A DNA stretch of 64,000 nucleotides from a bacterium (lineage in GTDB: Bacteria > Electryoneota > JAOADG01): assembly GCA_963681965.1 (NCBI GenBank), contig OY820579.1, positions 736,001-800,000 on the forward strand, read 5' to 3'. Positions within the stretch are counted from its first letter, which is position 1; every line of letters begins with the position of its first letter. Shown here piece by piece: positions 31,372-41,516 of this stretch. The notes below the pieces were generated by a model. The model saw nothing but the letters and a program-made list of their open reading frames with translations. It was not told the DNA's origin and ran no database searches. The translations under genes were made by a program, and so were the position numbers.

Positions 31372-31402
31372 AAAAAGGTTCCACGAAAGTGGAACCTCTT
31401 TT
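31372..31402. terminator. Bidirectional terminator
   Basis: aaaaaggttccac-gaaa-gtggaacctctttt between convergent genes. Confidence 0.8.
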
Positions 31403-31469
31403 GTATTTATCGAAAGGCGTACTTGTACAGAGTAGTATTTGCATCAATCGAGTAATGACCTCCCGATGA

Positions 31470-32042
31470 TCATTTCGGTTGCGATGTGGCGGCGACTTTA
31501 CCTTCTTTGAGAACATATTTCGAGGTATAGACGTAATCGCCTTGGTTGGTATTATCGTTCGATGCTGCGTTACAAGCAACGTAAAAATATACTTCCCCAT
31601 TCCCCGACGACGGTGCAATCCACTTGAATACCCATTGCGCTCTCCCCTTGACCATTCCTGCGAATGTACCTGCCCGTTTATGCTTGATGTACTGGGGGGC
31701 ATCCTTGCCTGAGGTTGAAACTTGTGTCAGATCGTTCTCCAGCACCACGATCTCACCGGCGCGCTTATTCGGGTTGTTGTTCAAGTACGCGGTCGCCTCA
31801 AATCCGAACCGGCTTTGATTGATTTGGTTCAATTCAATTTCGATAATGTAGGCTTTGCCGGGTTCGTAAAACTCCGTCGGCAGTCCATCTACCATCAACG
31901 CTCCTGCTCCGGAATTGAGCGCAAATGAATTGTGGCACTGATTGCAGGTTGTCGGGTTGCCGACGACACTATCCGGCGGACCCGCCGAAAAAGCAAAGGC
32001 TTGGGAAACAAGAAGAAAAGAGAGTAAAATGGATATTCGCAT
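31470..32042 (-). CDS. Secreted Reeler/choice-of-anchor-V-like protein with CxxCH motif
   Basis: Signal peptide; TCNQCH; W.F.W.AP...G.V.FY..NA..GD; GGAGGA RBS. Confidence 0.7.
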   Translation of the reverse strand: MRISILLSFLLVSQAFAFSAGPPDSVVGNPTTCNQCHNSFALNSGAGALMVDGLPTEFYEPGKAYIIEIELNQINQSRFGFEATAYLNNNPNKRAGEIVVLENDLTQVSTSGKDAPQYIKHKRAGTFAGMVKGRAQWVFKWIAPSSGNGEVYFYVACNAASNDNTNQGDYVYTSKYVLKEGKVAATSQPK

Positions 32043-32219
32043 AGATCCTCCCGATCGGGAAAGTGAAGTGTGTGTTATCACACTTGATAAGGTTGTACGA
32101 AATCCGACAGGTAAGTGTGAGCCAATAATTGCATTTCCGAAACACAAAGTGCTCTGAAAATGTGTATTGACCTTGAATAATGCTTGGATGTATTTCGATT
32201 TTCCGTTAGTTTATAGCCT

Positions 32220-33671
32220 ATGACCGATACTCCGACACCGACCCCGGAAGCGATCCAGACGTTGCTCAAAGAAGGATCGCAACACCGTTCCGAAGGGCAC
32301 TTTGAGGAAGCGCGGATGCGTTTTCTCGCTGCCCGCGAAGCTGCGGAAGGATTGTATAATGTCGCAATGGTATCGGAAGCCTCATTGTCACTTGGCAGGC
32401 TGTTTGCCGAGCGCGGCGATTTCGATTCCGCATTCACGAATTTATCGCGAGCACTTGACGGATTTCGATCGATTGCCAATATTCAACGAATTGGTCTATC
32501 CCTCCTTTCACTCGGGAATATCTTTCGGATTAAAGGCAACTACGAAGAAGCGATTCAACATTTCAACGAAGCGCTAGAGCATTTTCATGCTTCGAAAGAC
32601 CGCAGTAATGTTGCCAACATTACCGCCAACTTTGCGCTGATTGCGCTGGCAATCGGCGATTTCAATAAATCCATTCAACAATTTGAACAAGCGATTGCCA
32701 TCGCCCGGGAAATTAACTCCCCCTCGATGGAGATGTCGTTTACCGTAGGATATGTCAAAGTTCTTCAAGAATGCGGACGCTCCGAAGAAGCATTGGAGAA
32801 GAGTGAATACTCCTTGAACTTGGCGCGGCAATATGGTGATAAACGTGAAATTGCCAATGCCCTGGGTGGTGTCGGCTATGTCGCACTTGAAAACAATCAA
32901 TGGCAGCGGTCACTCGATGCGTTTCGCGAATCGCTTGAGCTTATGCGTGAGGTCGGGTCTGATTGGTTAACAGCAATCACGCTGAACAATATCGGTGTGG
33001 TTTTAAAAGCGGTTGGCGATGCCGGTGAGGCACAAAAATCTTTTCTAGAAGCGTTGAAAATCCATCGACAAATCGGAGCGCAAAACGGTGCTGCACATAC
33101 ATTAATGTCGCTTGGTGAGATTGCATTTTGTGACGGTCGCCCTGAAGAAGCATATCATTTGATCCACGAATCGCTCGAATTATCGCGAAACCTCAAATTG
33201 CAGTATCTGATTAACGTCGGCACCTCGGCACTGGCACTGATTGCCTATAGCCAGGAAGATTACGGTCAGGCAATGCTATTGTACGAATCGCTGTTAACGC
33301 AAATCGATCCTGCCAATAATCTCGCATTGTTGCTGGAATCGTACGGATTTCTTTCGCTGATTTGTATCCGCGAAAATAAACTTGCGAAAGCCGAATCCTA
33401 TTTAGGGAAAGCCATCGTCGCTACAACCGAATATCGAACCAGTGAAGCCGCACCAATATTGGCGTTGGCACAATTGGAATTGTCGCTGATGCAAAATTCG
33501 CCCGACGCGGTATCGCAAGCACTGTCAAGTTACACAACTGTCTATCAATATCGCACCAACAATCATATCGGTCGCTTGAATTTCGGTGGCTTCTACGTGG
33601 AAATGTTACAGAAACGCCTTTTGTCGTTAGGCATGACCGAAGACGATCTTTCGCGAACCGGGAAGCGCTAG
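32220..33671 (+). CDS. Tetratricopeptide-repeat protein
   Basis: Repeated LG......G.Y..A...F..AL units. Confidence 0.85.
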   Translation: MTDTPTPTPEAIQTLLKEGSQHRSEGHFEEARMRFLAAREAAEGLYNVAMVSEASLSLGRLFAERGDFDSAFTNLSRALDGFRSIANIQRIGLSLLSLGNIFRIKGNYEEAIQHFNEALEHFHASKDRSNVANITANFALIALAIGDFNKSIQQFEQAIAIAREINSPSMEMSFTVGYVKVLQECGRSEEALEKSEYSLNLARQYGDKREIANALGGVGYVALENNQWQRSLDAFRESLELMREVGSDWLTAITLNNIGVVLKAVGDAGEAQKSFLEALKIHRQIGAQNGAAHTLMSLGEIAFCDGRPEEAYHLIHESLELSRNLKLQYLINVGTSALALIAYSQEDYGQAMLLYESLLTQIDPANNLALLLESYGFLSLICIRENKLAKAESYLGKAIVATTEYRTSEAAPILALAQLELSLMQNSPDAVSQALSSYTTVYQYRTNNHIGRLNFGGFYVEMLQKRLLSLGMTEDDLSRTGKR

Positions 33672-33716
33672 CACAGTGTTGTTATTACGGCTAGACCCAC
33701 TTATTCAGAGATTGAG

Positions 33717-34133
33717 ATGGCAGCGAAACAGAATCTGGTAGAATGGTCCGACCAATTCTCCGTACACATTGCAGCAATCGATGAGGAACATAAACATCTA
33801 TTCGATTTATTGAATATTGTCAACTCGGCAATTGTCTATGGCAAAGGAAAAGAGATCCTCGAGTATGCGCTAACGGAATTGATAATCTATACTGAATTAC
33901 ATTTTCAGCACGAAGAAGCCGCGATGGAAAAATATGGATACCCAGGATTGGCGATGCATCGCATCGAACACAAGCATTTGATCGATCAGGTTCATGGATA
34001 TATAAAGAAGTATCATGACGGAATACTCGGCGTCACCGAATTCACGATCTTTATCAAAGGGTGGTTGATTAACCACATCGAGCGCGACGATTTACACTTC
34101 GGTAATTACTTGCTAGGAAAAGGCGTTGTTTAA
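33717..34133 (+). CDS. Bacteriohemerythrin
   Basis: IDEEHKHL, HFQHEE, HRIEH, WLINHI..DD. Confidence 0.93.
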   Translation: MAAKQNLVEWSDQFSVHIAAIDEEHKHLFDLLNIVNSAIVYGKGKEILEYALTELIIYTELHFQHEEAAMEKYGYPGLAMHRIEHKHLIDQVHGYIKKYHDGILGVTEFTIFIKGWLINHIERDDLHFGNYLLGKGVV

Positions 34134-34182
34134 CTGAGTATTCGATCGTATTCTCCAACTGTGACGATCGCGTGATAAATAG

Positions 34183-34211
34183 AAAAAGCGCACCTTCGAA
34201 GGGTGCGCTTT
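34183..34211. terminator. Bidirectional terminator
   Basis: aaagcgcacc-ttcgaa-gggtgcgcttt. Confidence 0.8.
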
Positions 34212-34234
34212 GTTCTTGAATATCGATTCTAGCA

Positions 34235-35149
34235 CTAGGAAACGACTTTGTATAAAAGACCCCAGATATTCGCTTTGTAGACGTCGTCGGCACGATGAAC
34301 AGAGTTATCGGCAAGGAAGTCGACATACAGCAATCGCTTGGATAATTCGGTCATTGTCGGAATATACGCGACCACTTCCCACGTTCCGGTGGTTGGTGAA
34401 TGGAAGGGTAGTCGTTGGTAAGCGTGATTGCCGTTCGGATAATAATGAATTTGTCCATAATACGAATCGGTACTGGTAGTCGTGACGCGAAGCATCAGCG
34501 AATCGCCGCGCTGAAAGTTCGGAAGATTATCGCTAGTCTGCCAGAAATTGACGGCATCGGTAACGATGGAGCCTGTCTGCGTCCAATCCGAAGTCCCGTT
34601 ACCCTTTCGGAACCACGTCACCGAAGCGATGTATGGCGAAGTGACAGATTCCGTTATAGCCGTCATCGTGGTTACAGCGACTAATTTCCAATTATGAGCA
34701 CGGTGAAATGTTTTTCCGATTCGGATGTAACTAGCTTTCTGTAAATAGGCATCGCGATACGGTTTATCGATTGTATCGGTTGCGGTAACCAATCGCAATA
34801 CCCCGGCGATGGTCCAGTTAACTTCCACCGAGGCGGTGTCTTCAGTCGAGTTGTAGGTTGTTGAAATGGTCTTCGAAACGACACGCATATGGATGCGTCC
34901 CCATTTGACAGGAACGATCGTAGTATCGGTACCAGTGGCGCTGGTATCGTCGCCGACTGATAAAATACCGTCGGAACCACCGATGTCACCCGCCGAAAAC
35001 GAAGAACTGTCTTCATTGGCGATTAATTCGCTGATTTGCTGGGTGTCGCTTCCCGGTGAAGCCGTTGGGCTGGTTGAATTTTTCGAACAACCATAGCCTA
35101 ATATGAGTAAGCCGAGTAGGCATACTACAATAAGTCGTTGAAATCGCAT
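34235..35149 (-). CDS. Hypothetical lipoprotein
   Basis: Lipobox-like GYGC followed by an S/T/P linker. Confidence 0.7.
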   Translation of the reverse strand: MRFQRLIVVCLLGLLILGYGCSKNSTSPTASPGSDTQQISELIANEDSSSFSAGDIGGSDGILSVGDDTSATGTDTTIVPVKWGRIHMRVVSKTISTTYNSTEDTASVEVNWTIAGVLRLVTATDTIDKPYRDAYLQKASYIRIGKTFHRAHNWKLVAVTTMTAITESVTSPYIASVTWFRKGNGTSDWTQTGSIVTDAVNFWQTSDNLPNFQRGDSLMLRVTTTSTDSYYGQIHYYPNGNHAYQRLPFHSPTTGTWEVVAYIPTMTELSKRLLYVDFLADNSVHRADDVYKANIWGLLYKVVS

Positions 35150-35320
35150 AGTGATCTCCCCTCTACAAACAAATACATGCTATCAAATGCGGTCACTATT
35201 GAATCGACACCTGTACTGCGGGGAAGATTAATACCGGAAATTAATTAGTGATAGTATGTAATTATCAATAATGATTTTAATGAATTAGTGCGTCTAATTA
35301 AATGCTAAACTGCGTATTGG

Positions 35321-35548
35321 CTACAATTTGTTACGTATTAGTAAGTATGTGTTCAAAAGCAACAACAACATGAGTACGAGATATGAAACGATTTCAATTC
35401 TGGTTCCTTGAAAGTTTTCGTTGTAGCCATTGTACAAGATCCAACAAAACAGTACTAAATTGCCTGTAATCGCTATTTTGCGGAGGATGGGACGAATTGA
35501 ATTTTCCGACAACATGTTTACACTCACCGGTTGTGAAAAAATATTCAC
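35321..35548 (-). CDS. Small two-TM membrane protein
   Basis: GNLVLFCWILYNG..E.F.GT..E...; start uncertain. Confidence 0.55.
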   Translation of the reverse strand: MNIFSQPVSVNMLSENSIRPILRKIAITGNLVLFCWILYNGYNENFQGTRIEIVSYLVLMLLLLLNTYLLIRNKL

Positions 35549-35598
35549 GGATTAATGTCGCTTTCTGTCACGAAATTTAAAATTGTGATAATTAGGTA

Positions 35599-35997
35599 AT
35601 GGAGATGAAAATGGAACGGATTACCCCCAATTCTATTGCTGAGTATATCGCCGGGTTTCCGGAACCGGTACGTAGTATCTTGGCGCGGATTCGAATTGCG
35701 ATCGGTAAAGCGGCACCGGCAGCAGAAGAAACCATCAGTTATCAAATGCCGGCGTTTTCGCAGAATGGAATCCTGGTCTACTTCGCTGCCTGCAAACATC
35801 ACATCGGGTTTTATCCCACGGCATCCGGTATGGCTGCTTTCCAGAATGAATTATCGCAATATCCAAGTTCCAAGGGGGCGGTGAGATTTCCACTAGATCA
35901 ACCGATTCCTTATGGGCTGATTCGTAAAATTGTCCAATACCGGGTGAAGGAAAATCTAGAAAAGTCTTCGACCAAAGCGAAAAAACGAAAAGCATAA
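35599..35997 (+). CDS. DUF1801/YdhG-like protein
   Basis: AEETISYQMPAF, HIGFYP, SKGAVRFPLDQPIP. Confidence 0.88.
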   Translation: MEMKMERITPNSIAEYIAGFPEPVRSILARIRIAIGKAAPAAEETISYQMPAFSQNGILVYFAACKHHIGFYPTASGMAAFQNELSQYPSSKGAVRFPLDQPIPYGLIRKIVQYRVKENLEKSSTKAKKRKA

Positions 35998-36029
35998 CGA
36001 TCGGCGACAATCGAATAGAATTTGAATAA

Positions 36030-36641
36030 TTATTTCTCGATCAGGTATCGAACGATCGGTCGATGATTCGAACGGCGGGCAACCTCGACGAATCCGACCC
36101 GGGTGAATGCGGGTAAGAGACCCGAGAACACAAATGGAGCGGGGAGGGCAGTGGTATAATCGTTTGGATACGCCTCGACGATTTTCGCCCCGTGAGATTT
36201 GGCATAATCTACTGCTGCTACGATTAATTTGCTCGAGACCCCTTTTCCACGATAAGCTTTCGTGATGAAAAAGCAGACAATCGACCATACCAGTTGATCG
36301 TCGATTGGCGCAAAGATCCGTGATCGCTGTAAAGTAGAAAATGCCTCGCGCGGTGCAATGGCACACCATCCGATTGCTTCCGAGCCATGACAGATGAGGA
36401 TGCCGACCGGATGCTTAGCATCGACGAGTAGTTTCATCGCAGACCGGTTATTATCCCCGCGATTGGCATCGAATTCGCGCTTCGATAGTCGCCAATGCAT
36501 ACACCAGCAGCCACTGCAGGCACCTCGTGCACCAAACAGCCGACAGAAATCTTCCCAGCGCTCACTTGTTAAAGCGTGATTAGTCAAGTCTGATTCGGTT
36601 ATCGAAATGAGTTGCTGCGATTCTGTCATTGGCGTTTTCAT
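36030..36641 (-). CDS. GNAT acetyltransferase (YoaP-like)
   Basis: GCWCMHWR, WSIVCFFI...RGKGV, VEAYP. Confidence 0.88.
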   Translation of the reverse strand: MKTPMTESQQLISITESDLTNHALTSERWEDFCRLFGARGACSGCWCMHWRLSKREFDANRGDNNRSAMKLLVDAKHPVGILICHGSEAIGWCAIAPREAFSTLQRSRIFAPIDDQLVWSIVCFFITKAYRGKGVSSKLIVAAVDYAKSHGAKIVEAYPNDYTTALPAPFVFSGLLPAFTRVGFVEVARRSNHRPIVRYLIEK

Positions 36642-36687
36642 CGGTTTTCGTCACAAGACCCGAGATTATCGAATACTACAAATTAGC

Positions 36688-37599
36688 TTACGCTAGTCTA
36701 AATTCATAACAGGAAATTTCACACTTTTTTTTGTATCCTAGCGTTTCAAGCGATTGTGCCAAGGGAAAGTTCAGTGTGTCGATATCCCCGATAATTTGCT
36801 CACTTCCTGCAGTAAGCAATATTTCCGTTCCCTTGTGCAATAGTTCAAGCCCGTATCCTTTCCCGCGTTCTTGGGGAACGACCCCGAGATAGTTTATTGC
36901 GCCTAATTTTGGTGAAAAAATTTGTGGTACCACCAAACCAACGGGAATATTGTCAGGCGCTATCCCGATCTGCCATAATTCGGGGCGATAATCCAAATCT
37001 TTCAGAATATTAAAGTAGCTTTCTGCTGCCCGATAGGTCCCTAAATTCTTCATATTCATTAAATCGCCACGGTCAAGCGTATTTGTCGTCACATTCTCGA
37101 TAAGTGTAATAAAAAAATCATTACTAAGTTGTAAAAGCGATTGATAGATCAGCGTGCCGCCAATTTCAGGTAGCGCGTGATGAGAAGAAAAATCGAAGCG
37201 CCACTTCTCCTGAAAGCAACACATCCCTGCAGCTTCCAAACATGCGCGTCTTATGATCGCGTTGTCATCAGTAGACTCGATCCGTGCTTCAATATGTTTT
37301 ACCGAATGACGACCTAACGCGTTGAAGCTAGCGATCAAAATCCGACTTCCAATTTCGCGACTTCCTGCGGTTGTCGGGAGTAACAAATCCCAAAGCGCTA
37401 CTTCTTCCGGCAGCGACGGAAAGAGCAAATAAACCGCACCGCCAACAAAATTACTATCCTCCTCGGCAACAAAACAATATTCCGGAGAACTCCTCTGATC
37501 GATCCAGAGTGTCTGAAGTTTCGATTGAAGATTTGCAGGTGATGGCGATAGTTGTGCGAACTTCGCCAAATCATTCTGCTTAATGGTCCTAACGAGCAT
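36688..37599 (-). CDS. Tandem-domain GNAT acetyltransferase
   Basis: YLGVVPQERGKGYG, DTLNFPLA..LE.LGY. Confidence 0.8.
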   Translation of the reverse strand: MLVRTIKQNDLAKFAQLSPSPANLQSKLQTLWIDQRSSPEYCFVAEEDSNFVGGAVYLLFPSLPEEVALWDLLLPTTAGSREIGSRILIASFNALGRHSVKHIEARIESTDDNAIIRRACLEAAGMCCFQEKWRFDFSSHHALPEIGGTLIYQSLLQLSNDFFITLIENVTTNTLDRGDLMNMKNLGTYRAAESYFNILKDLDYRPELWQIGIAPDNIPVGLVVPQIFSPKLGAINYLGVVPQERGKGYGLELLHKGTEILLTAGSEQIIGDIDTLNFPLAQSLETLGYKKKCEISCYEFRLA

Positions 37600-37680
37600 C
37601 TAATCGTCTCGATCGCGAAGCGTGTACTTCCATTTTTTTTTGCGGCTCTCAGTTAAAATCCTTGACTGGCAAGTATTGGA

Positions 37681-37717
37681 AAAAAAGCAACCACCCCACT
37701 TTGCTGAGGTGGTTGCT
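37681..37717 (-). terminator. Rho-independent terminator
   Basis: aaaaaagcaaccacc...ggtggttgct downstream of the 37738 gene. Confidence 0.7.
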
Positions 37718-37737
37718 GTCGAAGATAAAAAAAATCT

Positions 37738-39780
37738 TTACTTACTCAAGGTCATCTTCTTTGCACTCTTGAAACTACCGGTCTCAAGTTGATAAAAGTA
37801 CATCCCCGGTGGTAGACTACTTGCATCAAACACAACCCGATAAGTATTCGGTTTTTGAAATTGATTCACCAATGTCGCAACTTCGCGACCAAGTACATCG
37901 TGAATTGTCAGATGAACCATCTCGGCGTTTTTAATCCCATAGGTAATTCTAGTACTCGGATTGAATGGATTGGGATAATTTTGAGCTAAGGAATACTTGA
38001 GAGGAAGTATCCCTAGTGCCGCAGCAGATGGTGTGGCTGAAGCAACCAGCGAGTGAATACTTTCGGATCCGTCGAATGCAATATCAACGATGTGATAATA
38101 ATAAGTGATCTCATTTTGGACGCGGCGATCCGAGTACGTATAATCATGCGAATTTGCACATGTTCCGTTGCCGGGAATCTGAACAATTAATTCGCCTTGA
38201 ATATTGCGCTCATGAGATCGGTATAGGTTGAAATGGTGATTGTTATATTCAGATTCGGTTCTCCACCTCAGATTCACTCTCGAGTCGCCACCAACAGCGA
38301 TAAATGACGTCATTTCTACCGGAAGAGTTCCACCACCACCGAGTACCCAAGTTGAGAAGTTGGTTACATTCAATATCTGTGCCCGGTACACATTCGGAGT
38401 ACCAGCTTGAAACAGAGTAACAGCGGCGACATAAGAATGTTCTAGCATCCCCGTCGTACTATTGAAGCTTGTACTGGGCAAATTTGAGGGAACAACAAGA
38501 GGAAGCAATCCTGCGGGAATTTGGTCGTCGGTAAAGTACAAATCGAGTGTTGCCGAGTAATTGGCTCCTCCGGTTAATTCAATATTCCAGAATCTGCCGA
38601 TCGTTAAGTTTGCTGGAATCGGTTGTGTGATTATCGGTGGAACCGTTGATGTATATGATAGCGAAACTTGTGTAGGGTTGCCGGATGCATTCAGAGGAAA
38701 ATCAATAACAACTGGAGGTAGATTTCCCGTTTGCGGATCAGGTGGAAATGATGGTGACCATGGTGAACTGTCGCCCGAACCGGTCTCTGTTTGATTCATG
38801 GAATAATCGGCAACAATTCGCGTTGTCGTTCGCGTGCATGAGGCAGTTACCAAAGGATTTGATTGTGAGGCTGCTTGCAAGGTAAAGCCATCCGTTGCAC
38901 TCGTTGCGCCGTGCGGAATGGAAACTTCCACCCATATCGAAAAATTACCGCTTGCAGAAATTGGTCCGACAGTTGAAATTAGATTTCCACCGACTCCGTC
39001 CATTATACGACTGTTCCAACTATTCCCCGACAAGGTCAAGTTATATGAATCACTACTGCCACCAGAGTTTGATCCATTGAACTGGTAATTGACGATCGTT
39101 CCGCCGTAACCTGAACTGTTCGCGGTAATCGGCGCCATCGAAACCCCAGCCGTCGAATAGGAGAACTTCGCTTCGGTAATTGTCTGGTATACCCAGACCG
39201 TATTTGACAGAGGAATTGTCGAGCCGGCAATATTTATTGCGCATCGCCAAGGTCCGCTATTCACTGTCGTTGCCCACATTGTTCTTCCAGCTGCCCGCGC
39301 TCCTTCCCAGATGCAGATCACCATCAGATTGCTGCTTCCGCCGTTGTAAACAAACGAACCACCATTCTGATTAAAAGTGAACGTCTGGTAACCGGTGGTG
39401 TTGTTAATGTTTTGGGTCGTGGAACGGTAAACGAGAGTTGCACCGGAAAGTAACGTCGACCAATTAGGATTGGATGAAAAATTGGTCACTGTTGTTTCTT
39501 TTACATAGATGTTAAGAGTTGAATTATTAGTGGTTAATCCCGATCCAGAAAGAATGCGCCAAGAGATGTCGGTGAGTGTTAACGGAAAAGAAACGCTCCC
39601 AAATTCCGAAGGATAGTAAATATTTGCAGAATTGGAAAAGGTCTCGGAAGAGTAATTCGACACGGATATTGGAGGTACTTGTTGACCGGTCGATCCGGGG
39701 CATACTGTTACAGTTGCACTTAAAGCCGCATACGAAAAAAATGCCATCACAAGAATAAAATAAATGAGTTTGTGTTTCAT
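37738..39780 (-). CDS. Secreted protein with LPVE Ig-like module and T9SS-like C-terminal domain
   Basis: Signal peptide; LPVEMTSF...; NYPNPFNPST...KKMTLSK. Confidence 0.8.
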   Translation of the reverse strand: MKHKLIYFILVMAFFSYAALSATVTVCPGSTGQQVPPISVSNYSSETFSNSANIYYPSEFGSVSFPLTLTDISWRILSGSGLTTNNSTLNIYVKETTVTNFSSNPNWSTLLSGATLVYRSTTQNINNTTGYQTFTFNQNGGSFVYNGGSSNLMVICIWEGARAAGRTMWATTVNSGPWRCAINIAGSTIPLSNTVWVYQTITEAKFSYSTAGVSMAPITANSSGYGGTIVNYQFNGSNSGGSSDSYNLTLSGNSWNSRIMDGVGGNLISTVGPISASGNFSIWVEVSIPHGATSATDGFTLQAASQSNPLVTASCTRTTTRIVADYSMNQTETGSGDSSPWSPSFPPDPQTGNLPPVVIDFPLNASGNPTQVSLSYTSTVPPIITQPIPANLTIGRFWNIELTGGANYSATLDLYFTDDQIPAGLLPLVVPSNLPSTSFNSTTGMLEHSYVAAVTLFQAGTPNVYRAQILNVTNFSTWVLGGGGTLPVEMTSFIAVGGDSRVNLRWRTESEYNNHHFNLYRSHERNIQGELIVQIPGNGTCANSHDYTYSDRRVQNEITYYYHIVDIAFDGSESIHSLVASATPSAAALGILPLKYSLAQNYPNPFNPSTRITYGIKNAEMVHLTIHDVLGREVATLVNQFQKPNTYRVVFDASSLPPGMYFYQLETGSFKSAKKMTLSK

Positions 39781-40551
39781 TTACATTCTCCCAATTGGTA
39801 TGATGGAGCTATTGAATCAAACGTTTGACCTCATAGTGAACAACATTCAGTGAATAAGTAAGGATATTAGACTGGTGGAGTCGTCGGGTGAGTGCGTGCA
39901 ACTAGAAATTAGAATAAAGGGCAACATCCCACAAGTAAAATCTAGCTTTTTGTGAAAATATTCGTCGCTAGAGATACAAACTGGGCGGCATGTGTTCAAT
40001 TATTGTAAGTTGTTGTAATTGTAATTTATTGCCCATGAACGCTAGAGAAGTATACTAAATTCCTAATCGGTAACTTCTGTTTTCACCGGTTAAAAAAAGG
40101 AAAAAAGCAGAAAATATTCCGAAGACATTGTGCCATGAAGCGAGTAAGGAACATTAAATGCGAGTGTGATATTAGCTAAAAAAGACAATTCGCGACATGA
40201 ACTAGAAGTACGAAGCGATCATTAAGCTCGCTTCAAATTTCAGGAAACCTTCCACGAGAAATTTTAGTAGACTAGCGAATTCGATACTAATGTTAATCTG
40301 CTATATTGCCTCATCAAACAATAATGCTGGTGTGAGAAAATCTGGCAATAGATCTTCAGAATTGACTATGACTAGCCGTTGTTAATGGGTAAGGTTAGAG
40401 AAAACGCTGAAACCCAATAATTAACCGTTACCCGACACTAACCGTAAAGTGTTGGATAATTAGAAAAAAGATTGAATGGATCTTGTTTCGGGCGGAAAGC
40501 ACAACCAAATTCGTACTTTTGAGTAGTGCATCATCCCGATAAGGAGGTAAA

Positions 40552-40998
40552 ATGCCAATTTCTTTCCCGCAGCCCTATCTTCACGATCACCCGCCGGTAG
40601 CGAATGTCAACGATTTGTTTCTTGAGAAATTGACGCTGGGACAAAAGGCGGCTGATCGCATTGCACAGATTGTCGGTTCGTGGACATTCATCATCGTTCA
40701 ATCCTGTGTGTTATTTGTTTGGGCAGTATTGAATATTGTTGCTTGGACAAACCATTGGGATCCGTATCCATTTATTCTGATGAATCTTTTCCTGTCTCTG
40801 CAGGCGGCTTACACCGCTCCGATGTTGATGATGAGTCAAAATCGGTTAGCGATGAAGGACCGACTTGAGGCGCACAATGATTTCTTGATCAATCAAAAGG
40901 CTGAACAGGAAGTGCGCATCATCCTCGATCATCTCACCGCACAGGATTCCGCGATTGAGGAGATTCTATTGAAACTGGTGGATAAAGAAAAGAAATAG
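40552..40998 (+). CDS. DUF1003 membrane protein
   Basis: GSWTFI, WDPYPFILMNLFLSLQAAYTAP..MMSQNR; AAGGAGG RBS. Confidence 0.92.
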   Translation: MPISFPQPYLHDHPPVANVNDLFLEKLTLGQKAADRIAQIVGSWTFIIVQSCVLFVWAVLNIVAWTNHWDPYPFILMNLFLSLQAAYTAPMLMMSQNRLAMKDRLEAHNDFLINQKAEQEVRIILDHLTAQDSAIEEILLKLVDKEKK

Positions 40999-41098
40999 CT
41001 GCTATTCACACGAGATCAGACATTATGTTCGGAACGTGTATTGCATCATTTTGTATGGTCTGGGCTTAATTAATAGTCGAAAGAGAATTGGTTAAGAC

Positions 41099-41160
41099 AG
41101 GGTATCAGGGTAATCCAAAAATCCTTGTATCGTGCGGAGTCTCGCGGAGATTCGAACTCT
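41099..41160 (-). repeat. R7: degenerate tRNA-Ser 3' end + terminator copy
   Basis: gggtatcagg-gtaat-ccaaaaatcc...gtgcggagtctcgcggagattcgaactctc vs tRNA gtgcggagagtgggggattcgaaccctc. Confidence 0.65.
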
Positions 41161-41516
41161 CAGTGCAGATAAACCATACTTCGTACTAATAAACTACAGT
41201 GATCTATCACTAGTCAACGTTCAAGTAATCAAGATATTCTGCTTTCAGATATCTAAAACTACAATCATCGAATTGGACACTTGACATAAAATTTCCCTTA
41301 ATCAGATGGAAAAATCCGAATTTGTATCTAATTTGAGACAGTAACTTGGTCGGGAACCCGTATCGATTCATGCTTACTGATTTCGCCGATAACTTCACAC
41401 ACTTCTTTCGAACCGTTCCAACATTCGATCGTAGCGTAAAAAAATGTGCATTTGGAAAACATCCGTTGATACTCTTTGCCAGTTTAGTTTAATAGAAATT
41501 GGAATGGAGGGTTGTT

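Noticed and set aside
41170-41480. 62-aa ORF 41210-41398
   Set aside because: No motif or RBS; may be decayed sequence next to R7.
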